Below are positions 33,204-41,871 of a stretch of 64,000 nucleotides of DNA, piece after piece (position 1 is the first letter of the stretch; each line of letters opens with the position of its first letter). A program made the translations under genes and the position numbers. Where the stretch lies: IMG/VR virus record IMGVR_UViG_3300045988_056849. One strand, given 5' to 3'. The notes beneath the pieces were generated by a model, which made no database searches, was not told the DNA's origin, and worked only from the letters and a program-made list of their open reading frames with translations. This DNA is from a virus.

Positions 33204-34691
33204 ATGAAACCGAGTAGATATCAAACAACGATTTATAAAGTATTTCAAAAGACGAAGAAAGATATCAACATTTCAGCGGTTGCGGGTTCAGGGAAAACTA
33301 CGGTGTTATTGGAGTTATTGAATTTTATTCCGAACGATGCCAGTTCCCTGTTCCTTGCTTTTAATAACTCAATCATTGATGAGTTAAAGGAGCGAAACAA
33401 ACGAAGAGATGTTGAAATCATGACTATTCATTCTTGCGGTTGGCGTTCGATATTGAGCCGATACGGAGGAAGAGTGAAGATGAATCCAAACAAGGGCATT
33501 GCTAAAACGGAGCGAGCGTTGAAGGGTTTTGAAGACATTCCCGAACAGAAGCGAGGTTGGTACTATTTTATCATACCAAAGATACTTGACCTCATGCGTT
33601 GTAATCTTTGCGATAATACCGAAGAAGCAATCAACGAGCTATCCGAACACTATGATTTGAATATCGGAGAAACGGAGGTAAAAGTTGCTATGAAAGCATT
33701 TGAGCTTCTGATTAAGGATAAGGGGCAATTTGATTTCATGGATATGATATATGTTCCTGTGACTGACCCTTCGATACGTTTCAGAAAGTATGACTATGTG
33801 TTTTGTGATGAAAGCCAAGACTTCTCAATATGCCAACACCAGTTCATAAAGAATTGCTTGAACCGAAAAGGAAGATTGGTGACTGTAGGAGACAAAAGGC
33901 AGGCAATATACGGCTTCGCAGGAGCCGACGCAGAAAGTTACGAACGACTGGCGAACATTAACGGGCAAGCAATTAAACTGCCTCTGAGTGTGTCTTATCG
34001 GTGTGCCGTTAATATCGTTAAGGAAGCTCAGAGGATAGTGCCTGAAATATCATACGCTCCGAATGCCGAAGAAGGAACGGTCAAGGATGGAAGTCTGACC
34101 GAGATAGAGCAAGGTGATTGGATACTTTGTCGAAACTTGAAGCCGTTGGTTCAAACTTATCTTTGGTTAATGAAGAACAAAATCAAATCAAAGATACGAG
34201 GAAAGGAGATTGGCGAGGGTATTCTTGGACTGATAAGCAAAACAGGAGCTAAAACAATCAACGGCTTGTTCTCTATGCTTGAGGTTGAAAAGAATAATCT
34301 ATTGAGAAAGCTGGAGAAACGAGGAGTGCGGAAACCGAGCCTACACCCAAAGATGGAAGTGCTTCAACAAAAGATAGAAGTTATTGAATGTCTTTGCGAG
34401 GAGGTTGAAAGTGTAGCCGAATTGAAGAAGCTAATTAACAACATTTTTAGCGATGATATTAAAGGCATAATGTTATCTACTATTCATAAGGCGAAAGGCT
34501 TGGAGAATGACCGCATTTTCTTCTTATGCCCAGAGTTGATACCGAGTAAATATGCTACTCAACCTTGGCAGTACGAACAAGAACAAAATTTGAAATATGT
34601 AGCGATAACAAGAGCAAAGAAAGAACTAATATATGTTTGGGGGAATACTTTCAAACAAGACATCAAAGACAGAGTTATTATTCAAAAATAG
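33204..34691 (+). CDS. UvrD/PcrA-like SF1 DNA helicase, paralogue 1
   Basis: 'AVAGSGKTTVLL' (Walker A), 'VFCDESQDF', 'VTVGDKRQAIYGFAGA', 'LSTIHKAKGLE', 'YVAITRAKKEL'. ATG 33204 (MKPSRYQ...) follows the upstream stop. Collinear with 56397-57878. Confidence 0.75.
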   Translation: MKPSRYQTTIYKVFQKTKKDINISAVAGSGKTTVLLELLNFIPNDASSLFLAFNNSIIDELKERNKRRDVEIMTIHSCGWRSILSRYGGRVKMNPNKGIAKTERALKGFEDIPEQKRGWYYFIIPKILDLMRCNLCDNTEEAINELSEHYDLNIGETEVKVAMKAFELLIKDKGQFDFMDMIYVPVTDPSIRFRKYDYVFCDESQDFSICQHQFIKNCLNRKGRLVTVGDKRQAIYGFAGADAESYERLANINGQAIKLPLSVSYRCAVNIVKEAQRIVPEISYAPNAEEGTVKDGSLTEIEQGDWILCRNLKPLVQTYLWLMKNKIKSKIRGKEIGEGILGLISKTGAKTINGLFSMLEVEKNNLLRKLEKRGVRKPSLHPKMEVLQQKIEVIECLCEEVESVAELKKLINNIFSDDIKGIMLSTIHKAKGLENDRIFFLCPELIPSKYATQPWQYEQEQNLKYVAITRAKKELIYVWGNTFKQDIKDRVIIQK

Positions 34692-34698
34692 AAACATT

Positions 34699-34845
34699 AT
34701 GGAAGATATTGGAAAGAAGGCTCACGATGATGAGTTTAACAAAGGCAAAGAGGATATTGGTAAAGCTCCGAGAAAGTTCATACCAGTTCCCAAAGTAGAT
34801 AAGAAAGGCGACAAGGGCAAGAAACCTGATAAATGTAAGAAGTGA
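34699..34845 (+). CDS. Small Lys-rich protein (48 aa)
   Basis: First ATG after the helicase stop. Internal 'EDIGK' duplication. Short, so weakly supported. Confidence 0.3.
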   Translation: MEDIGKKAHDDEFNKGKEDIGKAPRKFIPVPKVDKKGDKGKKPDKCKK

Positions 34846-35282
34846 TGGACAAACCAGCGAAACCCAAAGACACGTTCTATCTTTTCAGAAGAGAAAGAAC
34901 AAGCGGAGAAGGATATGAATATATTCAACACCTTATTTCTCCGAGTCATGATGACGGCTTATCAACGTCTTGTTATCCAGAGTACGCTTGGAGAGGTCAA
35001 ACGCTTCTTGATATCAAGAAAATGAAATACTTGATAAGCATTCACCGATACTACAAAGATAGCGATTGGGAGCTGGTTAAGTATGAAATGGAGGTTGATA
35101 CTCCTTCTTGGTCACATCAGCCTGAAAGAAAGGAGTATGAATGTTTGAATATCGGTAAATGGTGTAAGTTATCCGATAAAGAGAAACAAGAACTTGAAGA
35201 TTACAAACAATTTGCATTACAAAGATATGATAGCAAAAAGATAAACACTATTATTACAAGGGCAATGAATATGTCGTTGTAG
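34842..35282 (+). CDS. Hypothetical protein (146 aa)
   Basis: ATGA overlap with the upstream ORF. No motif. Confidence 0.5.
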   Translation: MMDKPAKPKDTFYLFRRERTSGEGYEYIQHLISPSHDDGLSTSCYPEYAWRGQTLLDIKKMKYLISIHRYYKDSDWELVKYEMEVDTPSWSHQPERKEYECLNIGKWCKLSDKEKQELEDYKQFALQRYDSKKINTIITRAMNMSL

Positions 35283-35293
35283 GTTTCACGAAG

Positions 35294-35614
35294 ATGAAAT
35301 CAACTCTGGACGGAACATGGGTTGAAGCCGTTCAATACAAGAGAGCAACCGAAGTAGATGACCCGAACGTAGAGCCGTTTACAAGGGAGAAAAGCGACTT
35401 TGAGTACAAGTTCATTCCAGCCGTTCTTGAAATAGATATGGAGATTGTTGCCGTATCTATGGGAAAGCTGGTTGCTGAATATAAAGTTACTGAAGTAGGA
35501 GAAGACAATGCAACAGCAATAAGTCCTTCTGACGTTGAATTGGTAGTATCTAAGAATGTAAGTCCCAATGGCGAAGTTACCAAAGTATCGGGTGGAGTAG
35601 GATTATACTGCTGA
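35294..35614 (+). CDS. Hypothetical protein (106 aa)
   Basis: ORF fills the interval. No motif. Confidence 0.45.
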   Translation: MKSTLDGTWVEAVQYKRATEVDDPNVEPFTREKSDFEYKFIPAVLEIDMEIVAVSMGKLVAEYKVTEVGEDNATAISPSDVELVVSKNVSPNGEVTKVSGGVGLYC

Positions 35615-35624
35615 ATACTATGTA

Positions 35625-35810
35625 ATGATGCCCGATATGAAGAAGCGAGTGAGCAACCGAACGATTATCACCGCTATGTCTTCAGCCTTGTCAGATGCCG
35701 CTGTAAGAGTTCAGCAAATCAGTGCAAGCTCCGAGACTTATGACCTTCAATCGGCTCAAGCATCCATTGACCAGACTTTGCAAATGATATATACTAAGTT
35801 TGGAGTTTGA
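35625..35810 (+). CDS. Hypothetical protein (61 aa)
   Basis: Short ORF followed by a terminator. Confidence 0.4.
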   Translation: MMPDMKKRVSNRTIITAMSSALSDAAVRVQQISASSETYDLQSAQASIDQTLQMIYTKFGV

Positions 35811-35844
35811 TAATGTTTCCATATTCTTGACGTTTTGTTGTGAG

Positions 35845-35879
35845 AGGAGGGTGTCGCAAGGCATTCTCCTTTTATTTTT
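35845..35879 (+). terminator. Rho-independent terminator
   Basis: aggagggtgt (35845-35854) pairs with gcattctcct (35861-35870, with G-U pairs), followed by tttattttt. Confidence 0.65.
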
Positions 35880-35917
35880 ACAAAGTTATTAAATACAAAC
35901 CATTAAATTGTAAAGTT

Positions 35918-36346
35918 ATGTCACGGAAATTTACACCCGAAAGGATTGACGAATTGAAACCAGACGAGATATTTGTCTTTGGTTCCAATATGAATGGGGC
36001 TCATATGGGAGGAGCTGCCCGCATAGCCTACGAGAATTTTGAAGCAACTTGGGGCGAAAGCGAAGGATTGACTGGACGTTCTTATGCTATTCCGACTTTG
36101 GATGAGAACATAGAGAAAGTATCGGAGAGTGCATTGGAAGCGAGTATTGACAAGTTCATAGATTTTGTATTGAATAATCAACAATTGACGTTCTATCTGA
36201 CAAAGATAGGTTGCGGAATTGCTGGTTGGGATATAGAGGACGTGAAAAGGATATTTTGGAAGGTTATCGAAGATTACAAGCCTGACCCAGAGTGTTCTGT
36301 TCCTGCTAATTTAATAATCCCAAAAGAGTTCTATGATGGAAAATAA
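35918..36346 (+). CDS. Conserved phage protein with macro/LOG-like pattern (A1S_2505-type non-structural protein)
   Basis: 'IFVFGSNMNGAHMGGAARIA...GRSYAIPT...LTKIGCGIAGW' is a widespread phage family pattern. The ORF-track GTG at 35840 lies in the terminator, so ATG 35918 (MSRKFTPE...) is used. Confidence 0.4.
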   Translation: MSRKFTPERIDELKPDEIFVFGSNMNGAHMGGAARIAYENFEATWGESEGLTGRSYAIPTLDENIEKVSESALEASIDKFIDFVLNNQQLTFYLTKIGCGIAGWDIEDVKRIFWKVIEDYKPDPECSVPANLIIPKEFYDGK

Positions 36347-37247
36347 AGTTCCGAGAAAGCTCAAGAAAGAGTTGCGCAAGGTTGATTGTTTAGAGACTTC
36401 TCAGCCTTTTATCAAAATGGAACCAAATCCATTTAGTCCTTCCAAAATGATGTTTACTCAAAATTCGAGAGTAAAACTCAAAGAAGGTGTCAAGATAAAT
36501 AAATGGACAAAACGTCTTGTTCGCAATATACTCCGAGAAGTAAGGAGAAATCATAAACGCAACACGGAGCTTGCTATGAAGCGTCAAATGGAATGGATAC
36601 ATAAAGGTATCAATCCAATAAATAGTTATGAAGAAATGTTGCGTTCAAAGTCTCAAGAAGAGTTCCGAAGAGAGTATATGAATGAACCTATATTACCAAG
36701 AGACTTGGATGGGTTAAGACCTTCTTGCGTAATAATAGACGATATGGGAGAACAATGGCAACCTGCTAATCGTAGAGAGGTTGAGGAGTTTATGCGTAGA
36801 TGTAACATTTGGCCTCACGTTCAGGAGCCTGACGGAAACGGAGTTGCTATTTTGAAACTTCCTTCCTTATCGAAGGAGAAACTTGAGGAGTTCAAAACCG
36901 AATGGGAGAAATGGTCAAGGAGTGCTCAACCGATAACAGTAATTGACCCTGAAGCAAGCATAGAGTTCATTCCAGCGAAAAGACCTCACCGACTTCATAA
37001 TCATCCAAGAATGGAAGTTGAACTTGGTTTGAACGAAAGAGAAGTAATTGTTGACCAAGAGTTCGTACACTTGTTCAGAAACGCTTACCCAGTACGAGGT
37101 AGGAGAAGAGAAGTTGGCGTTGACCATTTCATAGTTAGCAAGAAAGAATTTTTGGAACGGATGGAAGAGTCAGGGGGGGCAACAGATGAACCTGACGACC
37201 TTCTCAGACCGAGCTACGAAAGAAAACGCATTAAAAGACGTTTATAA
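36333..37247 (+). CDS. Hypothetical protein (304 aa)
   Basis: Long ORF, basic N-terminus. No motif. Confidence 0.5.
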   Translation: MMENKVPRKLKKELRKVDCLETSQPFIKMEPNPFSPSKMMFTQNSRVKLKEGVKINKWTKRLVRNILREVRRNHKRNTELAMKRQMEWIHKGINPINSYEEMLRSKSQEEFRREYMNEPILPRDLDGLRPSCVIIDDMGEQWQPANRREVEEFMRRCNIWPHVQEPDGNGVAILKLPSLSKEKLEEFKTEWEKWSRSAQPITVIDPEASIEFIPAKRPHRLHNHPRMEVELGLNEREVIVDQEFVHLFRNAYPVRGRRREVGVDHFIVSKKEFLERMEESGGATDEPDDLLRPSYERKRIKRRL

Positions 37248-37455
37248 CGTGCTTGTAAACTCATATAGGAGCGTTGCGGGCGGTTTTCTTTATCAACCGT
37301 TAGACTTATTATCAAAACCGAATACAACGTGGCATACGTGCCTACAAAATGGGAAACTGAAATGTGTAATGATTCACAAAGAAACCCACGTTGGTAAGAA
37401 GGTTATAATGTGCGGTTGCGACGGTACGAGGGAGGGGAAAGAAAGCGTTGCTTGA
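37186..37455 (+). CDS. Hypothetical protein, possible N-terminal half of a split gene
   Basis: 89 aa. It overlaps the upstream gene by 62 nt and ends 8 nt inside the next ORF, which lacks an ATG start. Confidence 0.35.
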   Translation: MNLTTFSDRATKENALKDVYNVLVNSYRSVAGGFLYQPLDLLSKPNTTWHTCLQNGKLKCVMIHKETHVGKKVIMCGCDGTREGKESVA

Positions 37456-37696
37456 AATTCTCTTGAACTGTTTAACAGATATAAAAGAGCATTACTGGTG
37501 TGAAGCGAGCGATGCAATTGAGCATTGGTTAGTTAAGCACGGCATGGAAGCTCACCCGAACGAATGGTGTGCGGAATTGTTAGAGAAGGAAGGAGAAAGG
37601 ATTGAGTATTGCGATGATGGAATACATTACATTCGTCATATAAACGGAGTACCAAAGGTAAAAGCCATTTATGGCAATTTAACAAATAATAATTAA
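37448..37696 (+). CDS. Hypothetical protein, possible C-terminal half of a split gene (TTG start only)
   Basis: 82 aa in the +1 frame relative to 37186-37455. No ATG near its 5' end. Confidence 0.3.
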   Translation: MLEILLNCLTDIKEHYWCEASDAIEHWLVKHGMEAHPNEWCAELLEKEGERIEYCDDGIHYIRHINGVPKVKAIYGNLTNNN

Positions 37697-37702
37697 CAAT
37701 TC

Positions 37703-37924
37703 ATGGTAAAATTAAAAGCAAAAAGAGCCGTAACGGTTACGATGACCGTAAACGGAGAAGCGTCAACCGCTGAGAGTTTGAAACTCAAGAAAGGTGAAAC
37801 AATCGAAGGAGACTTCCAGTCAGAAAACCTTGCAAACGGCAATCCTACTTTGGTAGTGAACCGTGACGGAGGTTCAAGAATCATTGAGTACTTGGAAGCC
37901 GACTTTGAAGAAGTAGCCGAGTAA
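37703..37924 (+). CDS. Hypothetical protein (73 aa)
   Basis: ATG ORF followed by a strong terminator. Confidence 0.45.
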   Translation: MVKLKAKRAVTVTMTVNGEASTAESLKLKKGETIEGDFQSENLANGNPTLVVNRDGGSRIIEYLEADFEEVAE

Positions 37925-37947
37925 AAACAAAGTACATCTTGTAGAAT

Positions 37948-37979
37948 AAGGAGCGATGGAAGTTGCTCCTTTTCTTTTA
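37948..37979 (+). terminator. Rho-independent terminator
   Basis: aaggagc (37948-37954) pairs with gctcctt (37965-37971), followed by ttcttttat. Confidence 0.75.
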
Positions 37980-37994
37980 TAAACAAAGAAGGAT

Positions 37995-38276
37995 ATGAAG
38001 CGACTTGATAAAGAAAGTATATTGAATGGTGAACCGCTGTTTCCGTTATCCGAGCCGATTGTTGAAAGAAGCAAACCAAAAGTAAAGATTAAGCAAGTAC
38101 CAACTACTTGTCATACAGGCAAGCTATCTTATCCAACGGCAGAAGATGCGGAAAGAGCCACAAAGTTATTAAAGAAGAAACATAAAGGAGGAACGAAATG
38201 GTACAAGTGCGAATATTGCTGGCAATACCATTTGACTTCGATTAAGAAACAACGTAAAGGAAAGATGAGGTTTTGA
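37995..38276 (+). CDS. Small basic protein with C-terminal C-x2-C...H motif (93 aa)
   Basis: 'KWYKCEYCWQYHLTS'. Function unknown. Confidence 0.45.
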   Translation: MKRLDKESILNGEPLFPLSEPIVERSKPKVKIKQVPTTCHTGKLSYPTAEDAERATKLLKKKHKGGTKWYKCEYCWQYHLTSIKKQRKGKMRF

Positions 38277-38277
38277 T

Positions 38278-38544
38278 ATGCAACAAATGGTAATACCGTC
38301 AGGACAATTTGTAACAATGCCGAAGCGAGGGTTGGAAAGAGTAAAAGAATTGGTAAGCAATATGAATGATTTTGAATTCAAGCAAAATACTTCTGCTAAT
38401 TATCTTGCTTACCAAGAGCTAAGACGTCAATTGTCGGCTGAATTTAACTACCTTCTTTTGTCAGACGAAGAAGAATGGAAAGAGGCAAACCGATATATTG
38501 AGGATAATCTGAAAATGTTAGGTGCGGAGGGTAAAATATATTGA
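38278..38544 (+). CDS. Hypothetical protein (88 aa)
   Basis: ATG 2 nt after the upstream stop. Confidence 0.45.
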   Translation: MQQMVIPSGQFVTMPKRGLERVKELVSNMNDFEFKQNTSANYLAYQELRRQLSAEFNYLLLSDEEEWKEANRYIEDNLKMLGAEGKIY

Positions 38545-38545
38545 T

Positions 38546-38842
38546 ATGGACAATAGCAAAGAATATCTGCTTTGTGCAGCAATTCGTAGAGTAGAGCCGA
38601 GAGATTGCCCGAAAGTATATTGGGAACAATTCCACGACATCTACAAAATAGAATTGGGTTGGAGACATCCAGATATAATGCACCGATTTGGGAAGGAAGT
38701 ATCACGCAACCTGAATGACCAAGGCTTCTACACTTCCAAAGGACGTTTCGTGACAAGAGAGGAAGGATTGGAGATAGCAAGAGCCGCAGGTCAGGTTGAT
38801 AAGATAATTGGAGGAGTATTAACAAGTGAAGATTTATATTGA
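38546..38842 (+). CDS. Conserved phage protein (98 aa), function unknown
   Basis: ATG 38546 (MDNSKEY...) follows the upstream stop. The pattern 'CAAIRR...GWRHPDIM...QGFYTSKGRFVTREEGLEIARAAGQV' recurs in many phage hypothetical proteins. Confidence 0.45.
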   Translation: MDNSKEYLLCAAIRRVEPRDCPKVYWEQFHDIYKIELGWRHPDIMHRFGKEVSRNLNDQGFYTSKGRFVTREEGLEIARAAGQVDKIIGGVLTSEDLY

Positions 38843-39318
38843 TGCCTAAGATAATAATTTGTAGAGGTCTGCCAGGGTCAGGTAAAACTACTTGGGCGAA
38901 AGATTATGTTCAACGCAATATCTTCAATCCTGCGGTAAGAGTAAACCGAGACGACATAAGGAAGATGCTTGCTATAACATATAATACTTTGACCGAAGAG
39001 TTTGTGAAGGGAATGGAGCGAGATATGATAACAAACGCTCTAAACTTTGGATTTGACGTTGTAGTTGATGATACTAACATATATACTTCGGCAGCAGAGC
39101 TTATAGTAGCAGCCATAGAACAATCCGATTGGGAAACGGTAAAAGTTGAGGTCAAAAGTTTCTTTGATACTCCAATTGAAACTTGCGAAGATAGACAAAT
39201 GGAACGAAGTCCTCAAGAACGAGTACCAGACTATCGAATCAGGCAACTCATGGATTATTATGAGAAGTACGGAAAGAGATTTGAAAACTATATAAAAAGA
39301 AGTGAGTGTGTAATATGA
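38839..39318 (+). CDS. P-loop kinase of the T4 polynucleotide-kinase (Pnk kinase-domain) type; candidate 5-hmdU DNA kinase
   Basis: 'GLPGSGKTTWAKDY', 'VNRDDIRKML', 'VVVDDTN' are collinear with T4 Pnk 'GCPGSGKSTWA', 'INRDDYR', 'ISDTN'. No phosphatase domain. 159 aa. Confidence 0.65.
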   Translation: MMPKIIICRGLPGSGKTTWAKDYVQRNIFNPAVRVNRDDIRKMLAITYNTLTEEFVKGMERDMITNALNFGFDVVVDDTNIYTSAAELIVAAIEQSDWETVKVEVKSFFDTPIETCEDRQMERSPQERVPDYRIRQLMDYYEKYGKRFENYIKRSECVI

Positions 39319-39521
39319 AAGCAACCGATAAACAAAAACAGATTTGCGACCTTGTTATTCAGCAAGCGAGCTTTTGGAAGAGTTCTAATGATATAGATAG
39401 TCCAACCCATTATTGCGATAATTCCGAGAGCGTGAGAAGTCTTGAGCTATCAGAAGAAGATGAAGAGGACTTGACAAACTTTCTTGATAACTTGTTAAAT
39501 TTTGTAAAGGAAAAGAAATGA
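39315..39521 (+). CDS. Hypothetical acidic protein (68 aa)
   Basis: ATGA overlap with the kinase stop. Confidence 0.4.
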   Translation: MKATDKQKQICDLVIQQASFWKSSNDIDSPTHYCDNSESVRSLELSEEDEEDLTNFLDNLLNFVKEKK

Positions 39522-39796
39522 CACTGAAGGAGCTTGAAGATAATTTATTGCTAAGAGACGAGAATGTAGAATTGAAAGAAGATACGTTTTTGTCTTTTCG
39601 CATATTTATATATTCGCTAATGGGTAAGAGAAAGATATTGACATTTATGGATAAACAAAAAGAGTTCCGAGTGACCAAAATATCCGACTACCCAGACCAA
39701 GGCAAACAATACCCTATTTGTGTATTAAGAGTAGAAAGATTGCGCTTGAAGAAAAAAGTAGTGAAAGCGAAGAGAAGCGCAGCCGATAAGACTTGA
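39518..39796 (+). CDS. Hypothetical protein (92 aa)
   Basis: ATGA overlap with the upstream ORF. Confidence 0.4.
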   Translation: MTLKELEDNLLLRDENVELKEDTFLSFRIFIYSLMGKRKILTFMDKQKEFRVTKISDYPDQGKQYPICVLRVERLRLKKKVVKAKRSAADKT

Positions 39797-39841
39797 TACG
39801 CAAATATAAGTATAGGTAATGAATTGTAATCGCAAATAGAA

Positions 39842-41074
39842 ATGGATAAGAGTAAACAAATAACTATTCCAGAGGACGTAGTAAACCCAACGGAGTATAA
39901 GAAGATGCTTGCCTTGGAGAAACATCCAATAATTCGCAACACTATCTATATAAGTAGTGAAGGAGACGAAATCAATATTGGAATGTTACCTCATAGGTTG
40001 GCAAAACATATAGAACATCTCAGTAGCAAAGAGCAAGAAGACATATTGGAACTCAAGAGAAAGTATAATCAGCTCCGAGCTAAGATAAGCACCGCAAAGT
40101 CTCTTGCCTTTGGGAGAGCAGGAAGGTATGGAGGTAAGAGCAAGGATGAATTAGCCGTATATAAACTCAGTCCGTTTGAGGAGGATATTATTGAGCTACT
40201 TGGGCGTATGTTTACCGTAGCAGAGGTTGTAAAGATAATGGGCGAGGATAACGGAGTAATTGTCAACGAGGACGATGTCAAGGGAATACTGAAGAAGCAT
40301 ATCGTTGAGATAGAGCGAAAGCGTGAGGAGTTCCGAAACCGAGTAGCAGATGTCCGACTGTATAACAAAAGACCGAGACTTGAGGAGCTTGCTTGGATGT
40401 ATTCCAAAATGAAGAATAAGTATATTGCTCTCAATTCGATTGACTCTTACAACGCAATGCTTCGTACTTTGGAGCAGATACGCAAGGAAGCAGAAGGAGA
40501 CATACTCAATATAAACGGAGTAGTTGATGTCAATATCGAAGTAACAATACAAAATCATATTCAGAAGGAAATACTCAAAACGATAAACCTCAAAGAGATT
40601 ATCTTGGGGCGTGTCGCAGCACGTATGAATTATGACCCGAAGAAATTGGTTGCTGGTTTACATAATAGCTACTATGCGAAGTTTGTCGATATATCGGGAG
40701 ACTATGACGAGAATGCTGAAATGAGCTATCCTTCCAACTCAGCTTATGACTTTGCTATGATAGAGCGTACCGCTGGACGAGAGGTAATGGATGTCAAGGC
40801 AGAAGATGTTACCGAAACGGAACACTCCTCAGCTACAAATGTCAAAGACTTGTTCTTGTCTAAGATACGCAAGCAAAAGCAAGATATGGAAGCACGTCAG
40901 GCAGGATGGGACGCAGAAGCCGAAAGGAAAAGACCTGTTGCGGAGGATGAAACTCCAATAGACCGTAGTACGAACGGACGAGGTAAAGACAAGATACCAC
41001 CGAGCAAGACGAAGGCTGGGCAGCGCAAGAATAAAGATAAGCCGTATGGTAAAGAGATAAAGACGAAGAAATAA
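39842..41074 (+). CDS. HTH-containing protein (410 aa), possible DNA-binding / small-terminase-like
   Basis: 'SPFEEDIIELLGRMFTVAEVVKIMGEDNGV' looks like an HTH. Basic C-terminal tail. Assignment is speculative. Confidence 0.3.
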   Translation: MDKSKQITIPEDVVNPTEYKKMLALEKHPIIRNTIYISSEGDEINIGMLPHRLAKHIEHLSSKEQEDILELKRKYNQLRAKISTAKSLAFGRAGRYGGKSKDELAVYKLSPFEEDIIELLGRMFTVAEVVKIMGEDNGVIVNEDDVKGILKKHIVEIERKREEFRNRVADVRLYNKRPRLEELAWMYSKMKNKYIALNSIDSYNAMLRTLEQIRKEAEGDILNINGVVDVNIEVTIQNHIQKEILKTINLKEIILGRVAARMNYDPKKLVAGLHNSYYAKFVDISGDYDENAEMSYPSNSAYDFAMIERTAGREVMDVKAEDVTETEHSSATNVKDLFLSKIRKQKQDMEARQAGWDAEAERKRPVAEDETPIDRSTNGRGKDKIPPSKTKAGQRKNKDKPYGKEIKTKK

Positions 41075-41098
41075 ATCATTGTAAAAGGCATGTAAATA

Positions 41099-41434
41099 AT
41101 GTGTACCGTTAAACCGTTCTACAAACATTACTTCTCACGAATAGATAAATGGGATGATAAGATAGCAAACAACTTTCTTGAGCTTGGTTACGCTGTTAGT
41201 ATCGTAGTACCGTTGGAGAAAGTAAAGATATGTCAACTCATTTATCAGTATATCGAAAACGACCAAGGGCGTTGGCTTGCTAAGTCCGTTATGTTTGTAG
41301 ATTTGAATTGGTACGTTCAATATAAAGCAAGGAGACTTGAGGAGCAATTCAGTAACGGAGCTTTGTCAATAGAGGACTTACAAATAACAGCTTGGGAGTT
41401 AAACAAGCAATATGATAATCTATTAAACAGTTAA
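41099..41434 (+). CDS. Hypothetical protein (111 aa)
   Basis: ORF fills the interval. No motif. Confidence 0.45.
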   Translation: MCTVKPFYKHYFSRIDKWDDKIANNFLELGYAVSIVVPLEKVKICQLIYQYIENDQGRWLAKSVMFVDLNWYVQYKARRLEEQFSNGALSIEDLQITAWELNKQYDNLLNS

Positions 41435-41438
41435 AGTT

Positions 41439-41651
41439 ATGGACATTCAAAAGTTTATTCAAGATAATGTTCCCAACGTAGAAGCGAGGGAAGAATTTGC
41501 GAAGTATAAGACATTGAAAGAATGTCTTGCTAACCCGAAGTTGTACGACCGTACTCAGGCAGCTTCTTTGTTTGATGAGTTCCTATATGTAAAGGATAAG
41601 TTGTTTGGGGAGGCAATGGACAATTGGTTAAAGAAACGAGGGAGTAAATAA
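41439..41651 (+). CDS. Hypothetical protein (70 aa)
   Basis: Short ORF followed by a terminator. Confidence 0.4.
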   Translation: MDIQKFIQDNVPNVEAREEFAKYKTLKECLANPKLYDRTQAASLFDEFLYVKDKLFGEAMDNWLKKRGSK

Positions 41652-41677
41652 GCAACTTTGATATTCTATATTGTAAG

Positions 41678-41707
41678 GCTCTGGGCTGCGAAGTTCGGAG
41701 CTTTTTT
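41678..41707 (+). terminator. Rho-independent terminator
   Basis: gctctgggc (41678-41686) pairs with gttcggagc (41693-41701, with G-U pairs), followed by tttttt. Confidence 0.7.
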
Positions 41708-41740
41708 ATTGGTAAATTATACACCTTTTGCTAAATAAAA

Positions 41741-41822
41741 GTTAAATATTGCCCAAAATTAAAATTTCTCCAAAAATAATTGGTAAAAAATTTTGCCGTT
41801 TCGCAAGAAGTTAGTACCTTCG
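41741..41822 (+). promoter_or_regulatory. Class I promoter copy 2: GTTAAAT box, -33 TTTG (41792-41795), 19-nt spacer, -7 TACCTTCG (41815-41822)
   Basis: The 24-nt string ataaaagttaaatattgcccaaaa is identical to copy 5. Confidence 0.65.
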
Positions 41823-41871
41823 TACTGTAATTGATAACGAAATAAGTTTAACAATCAAAAAATACAAGGTC

